Source: Opitutia bacterium
GTDB lineage: Bacteria; Verrucomicrobiota; Verrucomicrobiia; Opitutales; Opitutaceae
Direction: 5' to 3'
Assembly: GCA_947478395.1 (NCBI GenBank)
Contig: CANJVR010000002.1
Coordinates: 448,001-512,000 of the forward strand
Length of the DNA stretch: 64,000 bases
Below the pieces are notes generated by a model. That model worked only from the letters and a program-made list of their open reading frames with translations. It made no database searches and was not told the origin of the DNA. Below, in pieces: positions 1 to 10,257 of this stretch. Numbering within the stretch: the stretch's first letter is position 1; each line of letters begins with the position of its first letter. The position numbers and the translations under genes are program-made.

Positions 1-1
1 C

Positions 2-61
2 GTTGCGATCCTCGACGGGATCGAACGCGACTTAATCATCGTCGGCCGCCGCGTGGGCTGA
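2..61 (+). CDS. 3' end of a CDS entering from the left edge (…VAILDGIERDLIIVGRRVG*)
   Basis: Open frame with GC3-biased codons ending at TGA 59-61; too short to assign a product. Confidence 0.35.
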   Translation, partial: VAILDGIERDLIIVGRRVG

Positions 62-182
62 GCTTTCTGCACGGGGCAGCCAGTTGCCTTCCCTTTATCA
101 GGCCTGGCGCAGATCTGAAAAAATTCCACCCGATCGCAGCGGCGGCGGGTGCGCTGTGGCCTGGAGCGGAAACAGCTCTGAC

Positions 183-2207
183 TTACGGCGCCGCGAACTT
201 TAGTGCGCCGACAAAGAGTAGCACGATCAAGCCCGAGATAACACAGCAGACCAAGAAGCCGATCGTATCGACCCGATCCCATTTACAGAATTCCCACGAT
301 GAATTGGGGACCAGTTTCGTATGGTCGAAACGGCCGGGATTCCGACGGGTCTCCGCCATCGCTTCGACCTCCAGTTCTGGTGTCGCGCCCACGGGTGTTT
401 TCATTTTCCCGTAAAACTGAGCGGTGATTTCGGGGGCGGTCCGCGGAGTGAGCAGGCTCACCACAAACAAAACGAGGAAGGGGAACAAGGCGTCGAAGAA
501 AAATTGCAGAGTAAGCCGCTGGTTAGGCGAAAGCTTCACCACGTCGACGCCGGCGTGTCCCAGAATCCAACACTCCGCATTGAAACGGCCGCTCCCCACC
601 AAGGGGCTGGACAAATTATTTTCCTGCGCGTGCACCACTTTCGCGAAATAGACTCCGGCCGGTTTGCCGTTGGGCGCCACGCTGACCTGCGCCAGGTTTT
701 GGTCGTTGCTCAGCGCGGTAAATTTGGCGGCCGTCCACGGTACCACAATGATGATCAGGGTGGAGAGAACGACGCAGCACCACACCGCCGGCGCCGTCAG
801 ACGGCGCCAGAAAAAGCTCATCAGCACGCAGGCGCCAAACGGCACGTTGACCGTGAGCACGATGTTAACGATCGAGAGGAAATCACCCATCATCCAAGCG
901 GAGAGCGCACCCAGCGCCAACACGGCGACGATCGTGCAGCGGGCGAAAAACACGCCTTGGAGTTGCGTGATGTCGGGCCAGATCTGGCGGTAGACGTTGC
1001 GTACGAAAAGCGACGAGATCGCGAGCGCCTTGGCCGCCAGCGTCGACATTGTGCCCGCCAATACTCCGGCGAGCATGAGACCGATCAGGCCGGTGCCCAG
1101 GAGGCGGTTCGACATCGAACCCCAAACCGCATCGGGGTCAGAAAGGCCGCCGACGCCGAAAAGCGCGACGGCGATCAAGCCCGCGAACGCCCACAGAATA
1201 ATCATGAAGCGCTTGAGATAATTGCCCGAAACGCCGCTCCGCGCGGCAAACTCGTTCTTGGCCGAGCCACAGATGCCCATGTTGTGGCTCAAGCCCGCAT
1301 TCTGGACGATCGCTACAATTAGGAACGCTCCGATGCTCCAAACGGTAAACTGATCCGCTACACCCCCGCCAAAAAGGTCGAAGAAATGGCCCGGCACTTT
1401 CTGTCCCAGCGCGTGCCAGCCACCAATCGCATGAATCCCGGTCGGAATTAACAGCGCGGAAAAAACGATAATCAAAATGCTCTGCAGGCCTTCGTTCACC
1501 GCCGCTGCCGCCATCCCGCCCATTACGATGTAAGTACCCACCACAAGCGCGAAAACCAAATAGAAGGCGACGTCGTTGAGCACCGTGATGTAGCTATGCA
1601 GCTCGCCCCGAACGTTCCGTTCGCGCAAGGTGTCGAGCTGCAGTTTTTCGGCCACCGGCAGCGTGCCGGCCACAAACAGCTTCTCGAGCCTCTTCAAATC
1701 GTTGTAACCCTCAACCGAGGCGCGGTCGCTCACCGTCCATTGAGTCTCTTGCTTAACCACCAGCGAAGCCGCGATTTTGTAGGCCGTGACGTTCGCAAAA
1801 CCGAGAAAAACACACGCCACCAAAATTTGGAACAGCGCGTAAAACATGCTCAGTTTCCGGCTCTTAAAACGGTCTTCGAAAAGATCGGACAGTGTCGTCA
1901 GGCGCACCCGCCGAAACCACACGTTCATGAACCAGAAATACGGATTCATGAAAACCGTCTGAAACGAAAGCCACGAACCTGGAGCGCCTTGTTGGAAGAC
2001 AAAGCTGGCGGTGCTGACGGCGCCCGAGGGTTCGGTGGCGTTGCCGAAGTTCAGGAAAAATTGGTAAAGCTTGCCGAGCTTTCGTCCCGCGAGGAAAAAA
2101 CCCTCCTCGTTGTTTGTGCCGCTGGCGGCCCGTTTGCCGATGTAGATCACCGCCACCAAGTAGGCGGCGATGATGACGAAATCGAGGACGTGAAGGCTAC
2201 CGAGCAT
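183..2207 (-). CDS. Sodium:solute symporter (SSS) family transporter
   Basis: Many TM segments; N-terminal 'LDFVIIAAYL…FFLAGRKLG' and 'RVRLTTLSDLFEDRF', typical of SSS. Start moved to ATG 2207 (MLGSLH). Confidence 0.85.
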   Translation of the reverse strand: MLGSLHVLDFVIIAAYLVAVIYIGKRAASGTNNEEGFFLAGRKLGKLYQFFLNFGNATEPSGAVSTASFVFQQGAPGSWLSFQTVFMNPYFWFMNVWFRRVRLTTLSDLFEDRFKSRKLSMFYALFQILVACVFLGFANVTAYKIAASLVVKQETQWTVSDRASVEGYNDLKRLEKLFVAGTLPVAEKLQLDTLRERNVRGELHSYITVLNDVAFYLVFALVVGTYIVMGGMAAAAVNEGLQSILIIVFSALLIPTGIHAIGGWHALGQKVPGHFFDLFGGGVADQFTVWSIGAFLIVAIVQNAGLSHNMGICGSAKNEFAARSGVSGNYLKRFMIILWAFAGLIAVALFGVGGLSDPDAVWGSMSNRLLGTGLIGLMLAGVLAGTMSTLAAKALAISSLFVRNVYRQIWPDITQLQGVFFARCTIVAVLALGALSAWMMGDFLSIVNIVLTVNVPFGACVLMSFFWRRLTAPAVWCCVVLSTLIIIVVPWTAAKFTALSNDQNLAQVSVAPNGKPAGVYFAKVVHAQENNLSSPLVGSGRFNAECWILGHAGVDVVKLSPNQRLTLQFFFDALFPFLVLFVVSLLTPRTAPEITAQFYGKMKTPVGATPELEVEAMAETRRNPGRFDHTKLVPNSSWEFCKWDRVDTIGFLVCCVISGLIVLLFVGALKFAAP

Positions 2208-2423
2208 GGGTAAATGGGGTTGGAATGGGCTAATCCGTCGGAGGTGAATGCGTAATCCACTCGCAAGGTGGAAAGCGCGCAGCGTCAAAATGCGCTGTCA
2301 GTAAGAATAGGCTAGATTTTTTTGAGCATTTTGCCCCGAAAATACGGGGTCCACATTCAGCGCACCCGACCAGATCAAGCCCGCTCGGGGAAAATTTATA
2401 GACTTTGCGCGCCGTCTAAAAAA

Positions 2424-2522
2424 ATAGGGCGCGTTAGCTTTAGCCCGTTGCTGCGAATCCGTTGCTGCGACTCGCGCGGGCGAGCGCCGCTGAACCGGCG
2501 GAATAATAAATATCCGCCCTAT
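2424..2522. repeat. Degenerate REPIN family A copy (supplies the trpF stop codon)
   Basis: ATAGGGCGCGTTAG…GCTGCGACTCG…AACCGGCGGAATAATAAATATCCGCCCTAT resembles the 89-bp copies at 22744, 37687 and 62574; carries an internal duplication CCGTTGCTGCGA. Confidence 0.6.
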
Positions 2523-3178
2523 CTCGCCGCCGTCACGCTTTCATGGATCGCAACGACGAAGCGTTTTAGCTTCGCCTCATCCTTGATGCCCGGCGCGGAT
2601 TCAACGCCGCTGTTCACATCGACGAAGCGCGCGCCGCTGGCGCGTAGCGCTGGCCCTATATTATCCGGGTTCAAGCCTCCCGCCAGAATCCAGAACTTTT
2701 CCGGATGCGCCGCTTGGTGACGCGCAAACTTCGCCCAATCGCCCGTCTGGCCCGAGCCGCCGAAGCCGCTGACATGAAATGTATCGAGCAGAAAAAATTT
2801 CGCCAGCGGCAGTAAATTCGCCGGCACATCTTCGCCCGGCGGCAGCTTCGGCGCGAGCCAGAGGTGCTTCGGGCCCGCGATCGCAGACCAACTCGCAACG
2901 GTGGATTCCGGCGTGTCGCTCGAAAAATGAATCTGAAAATAATCGAAACCCGCCGCGACCACCTGCGTGAGTTCGTCAACGGTGGGAGCGACCATGACTG
3001 CGACGCGTTTACGGTCGGGCAGCAGCGGAGCCATCGCGACGTAATGCTCCAGCGCAATGTAGCGCGGCGACTTCGGATAGAGATTAAAGGCGAGGTAGTC
3101 CGCGCCGCAACGATCGGCAAACTCCGCGTCCACCAGGGACGTGAGCCCACAAACTTTGAAGCGAATGCCATCGATCAT
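2519..3178 (-). CDS. trpF: Phosphoribosylanthranilate isomerase
   Basis: Motifs KVCGLT, SPRYI, QIH, LLDT…GGSGQTGDW, LAGGLNPDN, VDVNSGVESAPGIKD. Confidence 0.95.
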   Translation of the reverse strand: MIDGIRFKVCGLTSLVDAEFADRCGADYLAFNLYPKSPRYIALEHYVAMAPLLPDRKRVAVMVAPTVDELTQVVAAGFDYFQIHFSSDTPESTVASWSAIAGPKHLWLAPKLPPGEDVPANLLPLAKFFLLDTFHVSGFGGSGQTGDWAKFARHQAAHPEKFWILAGGLNPDNIGPALRASGARFVDVNSGVESAPGIKDEAKLKRFVVAIHESVTAAR

Positions 3179-3384
3179 GAGAGCGAAAAGAAGCCAAAGC
3201 CGCGGGAGATGCCAGCCATCGTTTCAGATGGACGTGACTCGACGGATTTGGATCGCATGGCAATTAAGTGCGCGAGGACAGCCCCGCTCCGCGTGCACCA
3301 GCGTGAGGCGGCCCAGCGGACCCGCGGCTCTGTCCAGAAACCCACCCGTTGACCATGGCTCGCGCCTCGCCCACGCCGGCTGAC

Positions 3385-5403
3385 ATGATTACCCCGCTGT
3401 TTAAATGGCTCACCCTGCCGCTCGGGTTCGCCTTGGCATTGTCATCGTCGGCGCTGGCCCAGTTTGCGTCTCCGCACGAAAAGAAACTCGGCAAATCCGC
3501 CCCGCCGACCCACGTCGCACGTCTGATGGAAAACCTTGATCGCGGCGTCGTCGCCGTAAACAAAGGCGGCGGAAAAATTTTCGTTTCGTGGCGTCTACTC
3601 GGTACCGAGGCGCCCGATATTGCGTTCAATATCTACCGCACCACCGGCTCCGCCGCAGCGGTCAAACTCAACGCCGCGCCCCTCACTCAAGGCACGAACT
3701 TCGAGGACTCGGGCGTGGATTCGACCCAGACCGTGGCCTATACGGTGCGGGCTGTAACGGCTGGGCGCGAAGAAGCGGCCAGCCGGCCTTTCACCTTTGC
3801 GGCCAACGCGCCCGCGCGGCCCTACCTTTCGATACCGCTGCATAAAATCGAGGGCTACGTTCCCACGGATATCTCGCCCGCCGATCTCGACGGCGACGGC
3901 GAATACGAACTCATCGTCCATCAGGCCTCGCGCGGCCGCGACAATTCCCAGCCAGGCTTCACTGGCTCTCCGATCCTTCAGGCATACAAACTCGACGGCC
4001 GGATGTTGTGGCAGATCGATCTCGGCAAAAATATTCGCGAGGGCTCTCACTACACCCAGTTTATGGTGTACGATCTCGACGGCGACGGTCGCGCGGAATT
4101 GGTGTGCAAGACCGGCGACGGCACGACCGACGCGCTCGGCAAAGTCATCGGCGATCCACAGGCCGATTGGCGCAGTTCCCAGGGCAGCTTCGTGCCGGTA
4201 CGGCCGGGCGAACCTTCCAAGGGCCATGTGATGCGCGATGGGATTCTCTCGCACGAGACGAGCGGCAACGTACTCAAGGGGCCCGAGTACCTCACCGTTT
4301 TCGATGGGCTCACGGGCGCGGCAATCGACACGGTTAACTATGAACCGCAGCGCCACCCAACGGCCGGGCCGTTCCCCACCCCCGAGCAATTGAACGACGT
4401 CTGGGGCGACGCCTACGGCAATCGCATGGACCGGCTCCTCGCGTGCGTCGCGTACTTCGATGGCGAACATCCCAGCGTGATGTTCAGCCGCGGTTACTAC
4501 ACGCGCACCGTACTCGCCGCGTGGGATTTCAAGGACAAGAAACTCGTGAAGCGCTGGATTTTCGACACCGCCAACGGTGCGCGCGGTTTCATGTACTACG
4601 AGCATCAGGGCAACCACAGCCTCACCGCCACAGATGTGGATGGCGATGGCCGCGACGAAATCGTTTTCGGTTCCGCGGTGATCGACGACGACGGCATGGG
4701 CCTGTACTCCACCCAACTGAACCACGGCGACGCGCAGCACGTCTCCGATCTCGATCCGACGCGCCCGGGCATGGAGATTCTCTCCGTCCACGAATTCAAC
4801 CAGCACTTTTACGGTCTGGAAATGCGCGACGCTGCGACCGGCGAAATCCTCTGGGGAAAACGTTCCTACGATCCGGCTCGCTGTCTCGCGATCGACATCG
4901 ATCCGCGTTATCCCGGTGCGGAATGCTGGGGCGTGGGCGAAAACCTCAACGGCCTCTACAGCGCACAGGGCAAGGAAATCGCCCAGTCCAAGCCGCGCTC
5001 CTGCAGCTTCGGCATCTTGTGGGACGGCGATCTCCTCTCCGAAATCCTCAACGGCAATCAGATCGAAAAATGGAATTGGGAGAAAGCCGTGGAATCGACG
5101 ATCTTCACGATGGAGGGCGCATCGAACTCGACGGCGCTCAATGGCGGTCTGACCGCGGACATCCTCGGCGACTGGCGTGAGGAACAGGTGGTGCGCACCG
5201 CCGACAGCTCCGAGCTCCGGATCTATACGACAACCATCCCAACTACGCACCGCCTCTACACGCTGATGCACGATCCACAATATCGCCTCTCGGTTGCGCT
5301 CCAGAATGTCGCCTACAACCAGCCGCCGCACACCAGCTACTTTCTGGGGGACGGCATGGCAGCCATAAAACAGCCGAACATAAAAGTCGTTCCGCGGCGG
5401 TGA
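3385..5403 (+). CDS. Rhamnogalacturonan lyase, PL11 (YesW/YesX-like), secreted
   Basis: Signal peptide; MENLDRGVVA, VSWRLLG, DLDGDGEYE, NIREGSHYTQFMVYDLDGDG, RGYYTR, QGNH, HGDAQH, TLMHDPQYR, NVAYNQPPH. Confidence 0.93.
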   Translation: MITPLFKWLTLPLGFALALSSSALAQFASPHEKKLGKSAPPTHVARLMENLDRGVVAVNKGGGKIFVSWRLLGTEAPDIAFNIYRTTGSAAAVKLNAAPLTQGTNFEDSGVDSTQTVAYTVRAVTAGREEAASRPFTFAANAPARPYLSIPLHKIEGYVPTDISPADLDGDGEYELIVHQASRGRDNSQPGFTGSPILQAYKLDGRMLWQIDLGKNIREGSHYTQFMVYDLDGDGRAELVCKTGDGTTDALGKVIGDPQADWRSSQGSFVPVRPGEPSKGHVMRDGILSHETSGNVLKGPEYLTVFDGLTGAAIDTVNYEPQRHPTAGPFPTPEQLNDVWGDAYGNRMDRLLACVAYFDGEHPSVMFSRGYYTRTVLAAWDFKDKKLVKRWIFDTANGARGFMYYEHQGNHSLTATDVDGDGRDEIVFGSAVIDDDGMGLYSTQLNHGDAQHVSDLDPTRPGMEILSVHEFNQHFYGLEMRDAATGEILWGKRSYDPARCLAIDIDPRYPGAECWGVGENLNGLYSAQGKEIAQSKPRSCSFGILWDGDLLSEILNGNQIEKWNWEKAVESTIFTMEGASNSTALNGGLTADILGDWREEQVVRTADSSELRIYTTTIPTTHRLYTLMHDPQYRLSVALQNVAYNQPPHTSYFLGDGMAAIKQPNIKVVPRR

Positions 5404-5518
5404 CTAGGCGTATAGACCGCGTCGAATTCCCGATTAGCGGAGCGCGTGAGCGATTCGGAGGCGACGCTCGAAATTCGCACCGCTTCCGCAACCCCGCCAG
5501 GGCTCCCACGTCATCGGT

Positions 5519-6763
5519 TTATTCCACCCGCACGATATACCCGCGGAGATATTCACTCTCGGGCATCGTCACGAGGACGGGATGATCGGGCGGCTGGTGG
5601 CAAAATTCGAGCACTTGGACGCGACGCTTGGCATCGGCCGCGGCTGCCGCCAGCACGCCGCGCAATTCGGCGTCCTGCATGTGGTGCGAACAGGTGTAAG
5701 TCGCCAAAAATCCGCCGGGAGCCAGTGCTTTCAGCGCGCGGAGATTCAACTCCTTATAGCCGCGCAGCGCCCCTTCGAGCGCGCTCTTCGATTTCGCGAA
5801 CGGCGGCGGATCGAGCACAATTACGTCCCACGGCGCATCGGTCGCGCGGGCTTCGTCGTTGAACCAGTCAAATACGTTCACCTCCAAAAACTCGGCTTTC
5901 ACTTGGTTGCGTTCCGCGTTGCTCCGAGCGGCTTCCACCGCTTCGCCGGAACTATCCAGGCCCAAGACATGGGTCGCACCGGCCCGCGCGGCGTGCAGCG
6001 CAAAGGGCCCTTGATTGCAAAACGCGTCGAGCACGCGTTTGCCTTCGCAGTATTTCGCGACGAGCCCGTGCTGCACGCGCTGGTCGAGATAAAAGCCCGT
6101 CTTTTGGCCGCCGGCCAGATCGAGCCAATATTCGAAACCGTCGATGGAAACCCAGCGCGGCGCCCACGGCAGGCCCGAACGCGTGTGCACTCCGAGAGCG
6201 AGGCCTTCGAGGCGGCGGATGTTGGCATCGTTGCGAAAAATAATTTCGGCCGGCGCCAGCAACTCGACCAGCAAATCGCTGATGACGGTGCTCATTCCTT
6301 CCATCGCGAGAGTCTGAATCTGGACCACGAGCGCGTCACCAAACTGATCAACCACGAGGCCGGGTAACTCGTCCGACTCCGACCACACGAGCCGCCCGCT
6401 ATGCATTTGCGATGCGACGATGCCGGTGGCGGGCGGGGTCGGTTCGATGAGTGGGTCGGAAGGCAGCGCGTTTTTTGGCGCGCCGCGCCGGCGTTCGATC
6501 GCGCGGACCAGCGCGGCGCGCAGCCACGCGGCATCGAGCGTGATGCGATTGCGGCTGAGCCGCCGCCAAACGATTTGCGAGCGGCCATTGTAGATGCCCG
6601 TGCCGATGAAACGGCCGGTACGATCCCGGCACTCGACCACCGCGCCATCGTGCTCCGGCGCGAGCAATGACTCCACTTCGTTGACGAAGACCCACGGATG
6701 CCCGCTGAGCACGCGGGGCTTGGCATTGGCTTTGAGTTTGAGAAACGGCACGGACGCAGTCAT
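5519..6763 (-). CDS. rlmI: RlmI-family SAM-dependent rRNA methyltransferase (PUA domain)
   Basis: GHPWVF, SESDELPGLVVD, GQKTGFYLDQR, VLDAFC, VIVLDPPPFAK, TCSHH, PESEYL. Confidence 0.88.
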   Translation of the reverse strand: MTASVPFLKLKANAKPRVLSGHPWVFVNEVESLLAPEHDGAVVECRDRTGRFIGTGIYNGRSQIVWRRLSRNRITLDAAWLRAALVRAIERRRGAPKNALPSDPLIEPTPPATGIVASQMHSGRLVWSESDELPGLVVDQFGDALVVQIQTLAMEGMSTVISDLLVELLAPAEIIFRNDANIRRLEGLALGVHTRSGLPWAPRWVSIDGFEYWLDLAGGQKTGFYLDQRVQHGLVAKYCEGKRVLDAFCNQGPFALHAARAGATHVLGLDSSGEAVEAARSNAERNQVKAEFLEVNVFDWFNDEARATDAPWDVIVLDPPPFAKSKSALEGALRGYKELNLRALKALAPGGFLATYTCSHHMQDAELRGVLAAAAADAKRRVQVLEFCHQPPDHPVLVTMPESEYLRGYIVRVE

Positions 6764-6845
6764 CGGCCGAAGATTGGCGGTGTCGCCGTGCTGGCGACGT
6801 CAAAATTTTTCCTGAACGCGCAAGTCCGGCCAGCGCACCGATCAT

Positions 6846-6921
6846 GTGGGCGGGGTGCCGTCGCCCCGCAAAATGTCTTTCGGCCAGTGACGCCCAAGCG
6901 GAGTGAGGGCAATCCGCCGAC
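6846..6921. repeat. REPIN-like palindrome, family C
   Basis: Inverted arms GTGGGCGGGGTGCCGTCGCCCCGC (6846-6869) and GCGGAGTGAGGGCAATCCGCCGAC (6898-6921); related to the element inside hrpB. Confidence 0.65.
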
Positions 6922-6974
6922 GTCAAAGCACCCGCCCCGGGGCTCAGAACAGCGGCCAAAAATTAGTCGCCGTC

Positions 6975-7523
6975 CTAGAGCGCCGGCGCCGCCACGGGCA
7001 CTTCCGCGACCACGGGTGCTTTGGGTTTCGGCTCGCCGACCAAAACGCTCAGCTGGGACTGCACTTGTACGAAAAATTCCGGGGTCAGCTCGCCGGCGGG
7101 TACTTCGAAGAGCTCCTTCGACTTCGCGTGCTCAACGACGTTGCGCAGGCCATCGGCCGATTTCCCCTTCGGTCGCAGAATTTTTTTCCGCTCCAGCATC
7201 AGCGCCAGGAATTGCACGAGGCGCGTGTTCTCCGGTGTCGGTTCGGTTGTAGGATCGGCCAGGGTGAGGAAAAGATTCTCCGCGTTGAGCTTCAAGGCCC
7301 GGTCGCTGTTCGCCTCCTTGGCGCGAAATTTGTAGGGGCGCACCCACGAGCACGCGATGAAGCCCGCCGGGGTAAACTCCGCCGCGTGCGCCGCGAGCAC
7401 ATCGCAGCGCACAATCTCCAGCGAGGCCGAGCGCACCAGGAAACTGGCGACGGGCACACCTTCGATGAACGGCTGGCCCGTAACGAAGCACGCGGGCGCG
7501 AGTGACTGCAGATTCATTTCCAT
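6975..7523 (-). CDS. Conserved hypothetical protein
   Basis: 182-aa ORF with coding-like codon usage (CFVTG…FLALMLERKKIL); no function recognised. Confidence 0.75.
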   Translation of the reverse strand: MEMNLQSLAPACFVTGQPFIEGVPVASFLVRSASLEIVRCDVLAAHAAEFTPAGFIACSWVRPYKFRAKEANSDRALKLNAENLFLTLADPTTEPTPENTRLVQFLALMLERKKILRPKGKSADGLRNVVEHAKSKELFEVPAGELTPEFFVQVQSQLSVLVGEPKPKAPVVAEVPVAAPAL

Positions 7524-7575
7524 CGGCTTTCTTGTTTACTCCCGCGACTCGCGGACGCTAGCACTTTCCCACCGC

Positions 7576-8235
7576 ATGAACGGACGCCTTATCGCCATCG
7601 GCGACATCCACGGCTGCCACGAAGAATTCGCCGAGCTCCTCTCCCTGCTCGAACTTAAGAGCGACGACCGGCTCGTCCTGCTCGGGGATCTCGTCAACCG
7701 CGGACCCGATACGTGCCGGGTGATCGACCTCGCCCGCGAACACATGGCGATCTCGTTGCTCGGTAACCACGAGCTGCGGCTTTTGAAATATCGCCGCACG
7801 CGTGACCTGAAGTATGCGAAAGAGCACGACCTCGAAACCTACGACAAGCTGCGCCCCGAAGACTGGGCTTACCTCGAAGCGATGCCGCTCACCTACGAGG
7901 AGCCCGCGCTGAATTTGGTTTGTGTCCACGGTGGTTTTCTTCCGGGCCAACCTTGGCTGCGTCAGCCCGCCGAGGTGATCACGCGCATTCAAGTCGTCGA
8001 TCGCAACGGCGAGGCCCGCAAACGAACCGAGGCCCCCGAAGCGCCCGCGTGGGCCGATTTGTGGAGCGGACCGCCCTTCGTCATCTACGGCCACACCCCG
8101 CGGGCGGAAGTCTACAAACTCAAGTGGTCCGTGGGCATCGACACCGCGTGCGTGATGGGCGGCCAGCTCACCGCCTACATCCTCCCCGAGAAACGATTGG
8201 TGCAGGTGAAGGCCCGCCAGCGCTATTTTGGTTAA
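7576..8235 (+). CDS. Calcineurin-like metallophosphoesterase (ApaH/PrpA-like)
   Basis: GDIHG, GDLVNRG, GNHE, VHGG, YGHT, GIDT motifs; start at ATG 7576. Confidence 0.9.
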   Translation: MNGRLIAIGDIHGCHEEFAELLSLLELKSDDRLVLLGDLVNRGPDTCRVIDLAREHMAISLLGNHELRLLKYRRTRDLKYAKEHDLETYDKLRPEDWAYLEAMPLTYEEPALNLVCVHGGFLPGQPWLRQPAEVITRIQVVDRNGEARKRTEAPEAPAWADLWSGPPFVIYGHTPRAEVYKLKWSVGIDTACVMGGQLTAYILPEKRLVQVKARQRYFG

Positions 8236-8317
8236 CAGGCTTGCTCGCTCTCGCGCTTTTCTCGCCATGACAAATAAAAGACGCGCCGTCCGCCGCCGGG
8301 CCTGACTCACTTCCCCC

Positions 8318-9313
8318 ATGTCTTCCGAACCGACTCCCCTCTCTTCCGTGCGCGAGCTCAAGAGCCTCGATGCGGGCTCCGCCCGCACGTTTGCCGCGAT
8401 GCTCGTCGTCAAAAAGCTCACGACGAAGACGGCGTCCAACGGCAACGCCTTCCTCAGCGCCGACCTCGGCGATCGCACCGGCTCCTTCGGCTGCACGGTC
8501 TTCGGCGACAATCCTGGCTTCGAGGCGCTGAAGTCCGCGGGCGAAGGCGCCGTCGTGCGCGTCGAAGGCAAAATCGAATACTATCAGGGCCGGCTCTCGC
8601 CGAAACTCTCCCGTCTCGCCGTCGTGCCGGAATCCGAGCTCACCGCGCCCGAGGTGCTGGAAAACCTGGTCGAGGTCGCACCCGAAAACGGCGGCGCGCT
8701 GTGGACGGAATTCCAAGGCTTCATCGCCAGCATCGCCCAGCCCGAACTGCGCGCGACGGTGCAGGCCGTCTTCGAAGAAATCGGCGACGCGTTTAGTTGG
8801 TCGCCCGCGGCAGTGTCGATGCACCACGCCTACCGTCACGGCCTCCTCGAGCACACCGTGCATATGGCGCGGGCCTGCCGGGCGCTGCTGCCGCTGTATC
8901 TCGAAGTCGACGCCGACCTCGCGATGGCCGGCATCCTTTTGCACGACACCGGAAAAACCATCGAATACGAAGGCACCCTCGCGACAAAGCGCAGCCGCCG
9001 TGGAATTTTGCAGGGACACGTGGTCCTCGGTTACCAACTCGTGCGCAAAGCCGGGCTGAAAGCCAAACTCGACGCCGAGCGCCTCGAACGGCTCGAACAC
9101 ATCGTCCTCAGTCACCAAGGCGAACCGGAATGGGGCGCCGCCGTTTACGCCGCCACACCCGAGGCGGTCTTTGTTTCGATGATCGACAACCTCGACGCGA
9201 AAATGGGCATGGTGCAACGCGCCCTGCGTCAGGCCAACGAGACGGACGAATTTTCCGAGCGGCTGCTTGGCCTCAGCTCGCCGTTGCTGACGCGTAAAAT
9301 CCCGCCGGCCTAG
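8318..9313 (+). CDS. yhaM: 3'-5' exoribonuclease YhaM family (OB fold + HD domain)
   Basis: N-terminal OB fold (LGDRTG), PAAVSMHHAY..GLLEHT, LLHDTGK, HIVLSHQG, IDNLDAK. Confidence 0.85.
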   Translation: MSSEPTPLSSVRELKSLDAGSARTFAAMLVVKKLTTKTASNGNAFLSADLGDRTGSFGCTVFGDNPGFEALKSAGEGAVVRVEGKIEYYQGRLSPKLSRLAVVPESELTAPEVLENLVEVAPENGGALWTEFQGFIASIAQPELRATVQAVFEEIGDAFSWSPAAVSMHHAYRHGLLEHTVHMARACRALLPLYLEVDADLAMAGILLHDTGKTIEYEGTLATKRSRRGILQGHVVLGYQLVRKAGLKAKLDAERLERLEHIVLSHQGEPEWGAAVYAATPEAVFVSMIDNLDAKMGMVQRALRQANETDEFSERLLGLSSPLLTRKIPPA

Positions 9314-9447
9314 CCGCCATCGTGCGAGCGTTTCCGCAACCTTCGCCCGAGGCGCTCGTCTGACGTGTTCAACCCCACTCTTCTAGTGAGCCCTTCGCCG
9401 TCCCCGCTCGATTCCGCCGCACTCGGAACCACGACTTCACTCCGACC

Positions 9448-10257
9448 ATGAATCCTTCCGACCGGCCGCAGCCCCCCGAGAATGACGCGGTCAAGAACGA
9501 TCCCCAACCGTCCCCGGCCCACGCCGGGCGAAGCCGTAGCAAACGCGGGAAAAACAATTTAATGGCCCTGGGCTCCGCCGCCGTCCTCGCGGTTTATCTT
9601 GCCGGTTATTTTCGGACGCGCTCCGCAGCCCTGCGGTTCGAAAACGACACCGCGGGCCCACGGCATTCCGGCGCGGCCGCACCGATTGAAACCGCGATAG
9701 CCGCCGTGCCGCCCAAGCCGGCGGTGACCCCGCCCATCGAGCCCGCGATGGCGAAGCCGGAGGCACCTTTAGTCGTGGCCGCACCTGCGCCGACTCCCGT
9801 TGCGCCCGCGGTCCCGCCGCCAATCACGCCGCCCCCGGTCGCAGTCGAGCCAATCAAGCCCGCGGCCGCGGTCGCAGTCGTCGCGCCCACCGCTGTTTCC
9901 ACGCTGCCAATCGCCGCGGCGTCCATCGCCGCTGCGCCAGTCGCCAAGCCCGTCGAGGCGCCGCACCCGAAATGGAAAGACGGCACGTTCTCCGGCTGGG
10001 GTTCCTGTCGGCACGGCGATCTGCAGGCCACCTTGGAGATCAAAGCGGGCCGGATCGTTTCCGCCGTTATCAGCATCTGCCAGACGCGCTACTCCTGCGA
10101 CGTGCTCGACAAGATCGTGCCGCAAGTCGTCCTGCGCCAGAGCGCCGACGTCGACACGGTTTCCGGCGCCACCCAGAGCGCCGACGCGTTCTACTGGGCC
10201 GTGACGAGCGCTCTCGCCAGCGCCAAGTTTATCCTAGAACCAGCGAAGGCCCCGTGA
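9448..10257 (+). CDS. Membrane-anchored FMN-binding domain protein with Pro/Ala-rich linker
   Basis: Hydrophobic anchor, long Pro/Ala linker, C-terminal WKDGTFSG…VDTVSGATQS containing the [S/T]GA[S/T] flavinylation motif; adjacent to apbE. Confidence 0.85.
   Translation: MNPSDRPQPPENDAVKNDPQPSPAHAGRSRSKRGKNNLMALGSAAVLAVYLAGYFRTRSAALRFENDTAGPRHSGAAAPIETAIAAVPPKPAVTPPIEPAMAKPEAPLVVAAPAPTPVAPAVPPPITPPPVAVEPIKPAAAVAVVAPTAVSTLPIAAASIAAAPVAKPVEAPHPKWKDGTFSGWGSCRHGDLQATLEIKAGRIVSAVISICQTRYSCDVLDKIVPQVVLRQSADVDTVSGATQSADAFYWAVTSALASAKFILEPAKAP

Noticed and set aside
3595..5331. Long antisense or alternate-frame ORFs (also 15229-16884, 12126-13031, 33594-34955, 37783-38847, 41852-43075)
   Set aside because: Shadow ORFs opposite well-supported genes, expected from high-GC codon bias; no recognisable motifs.
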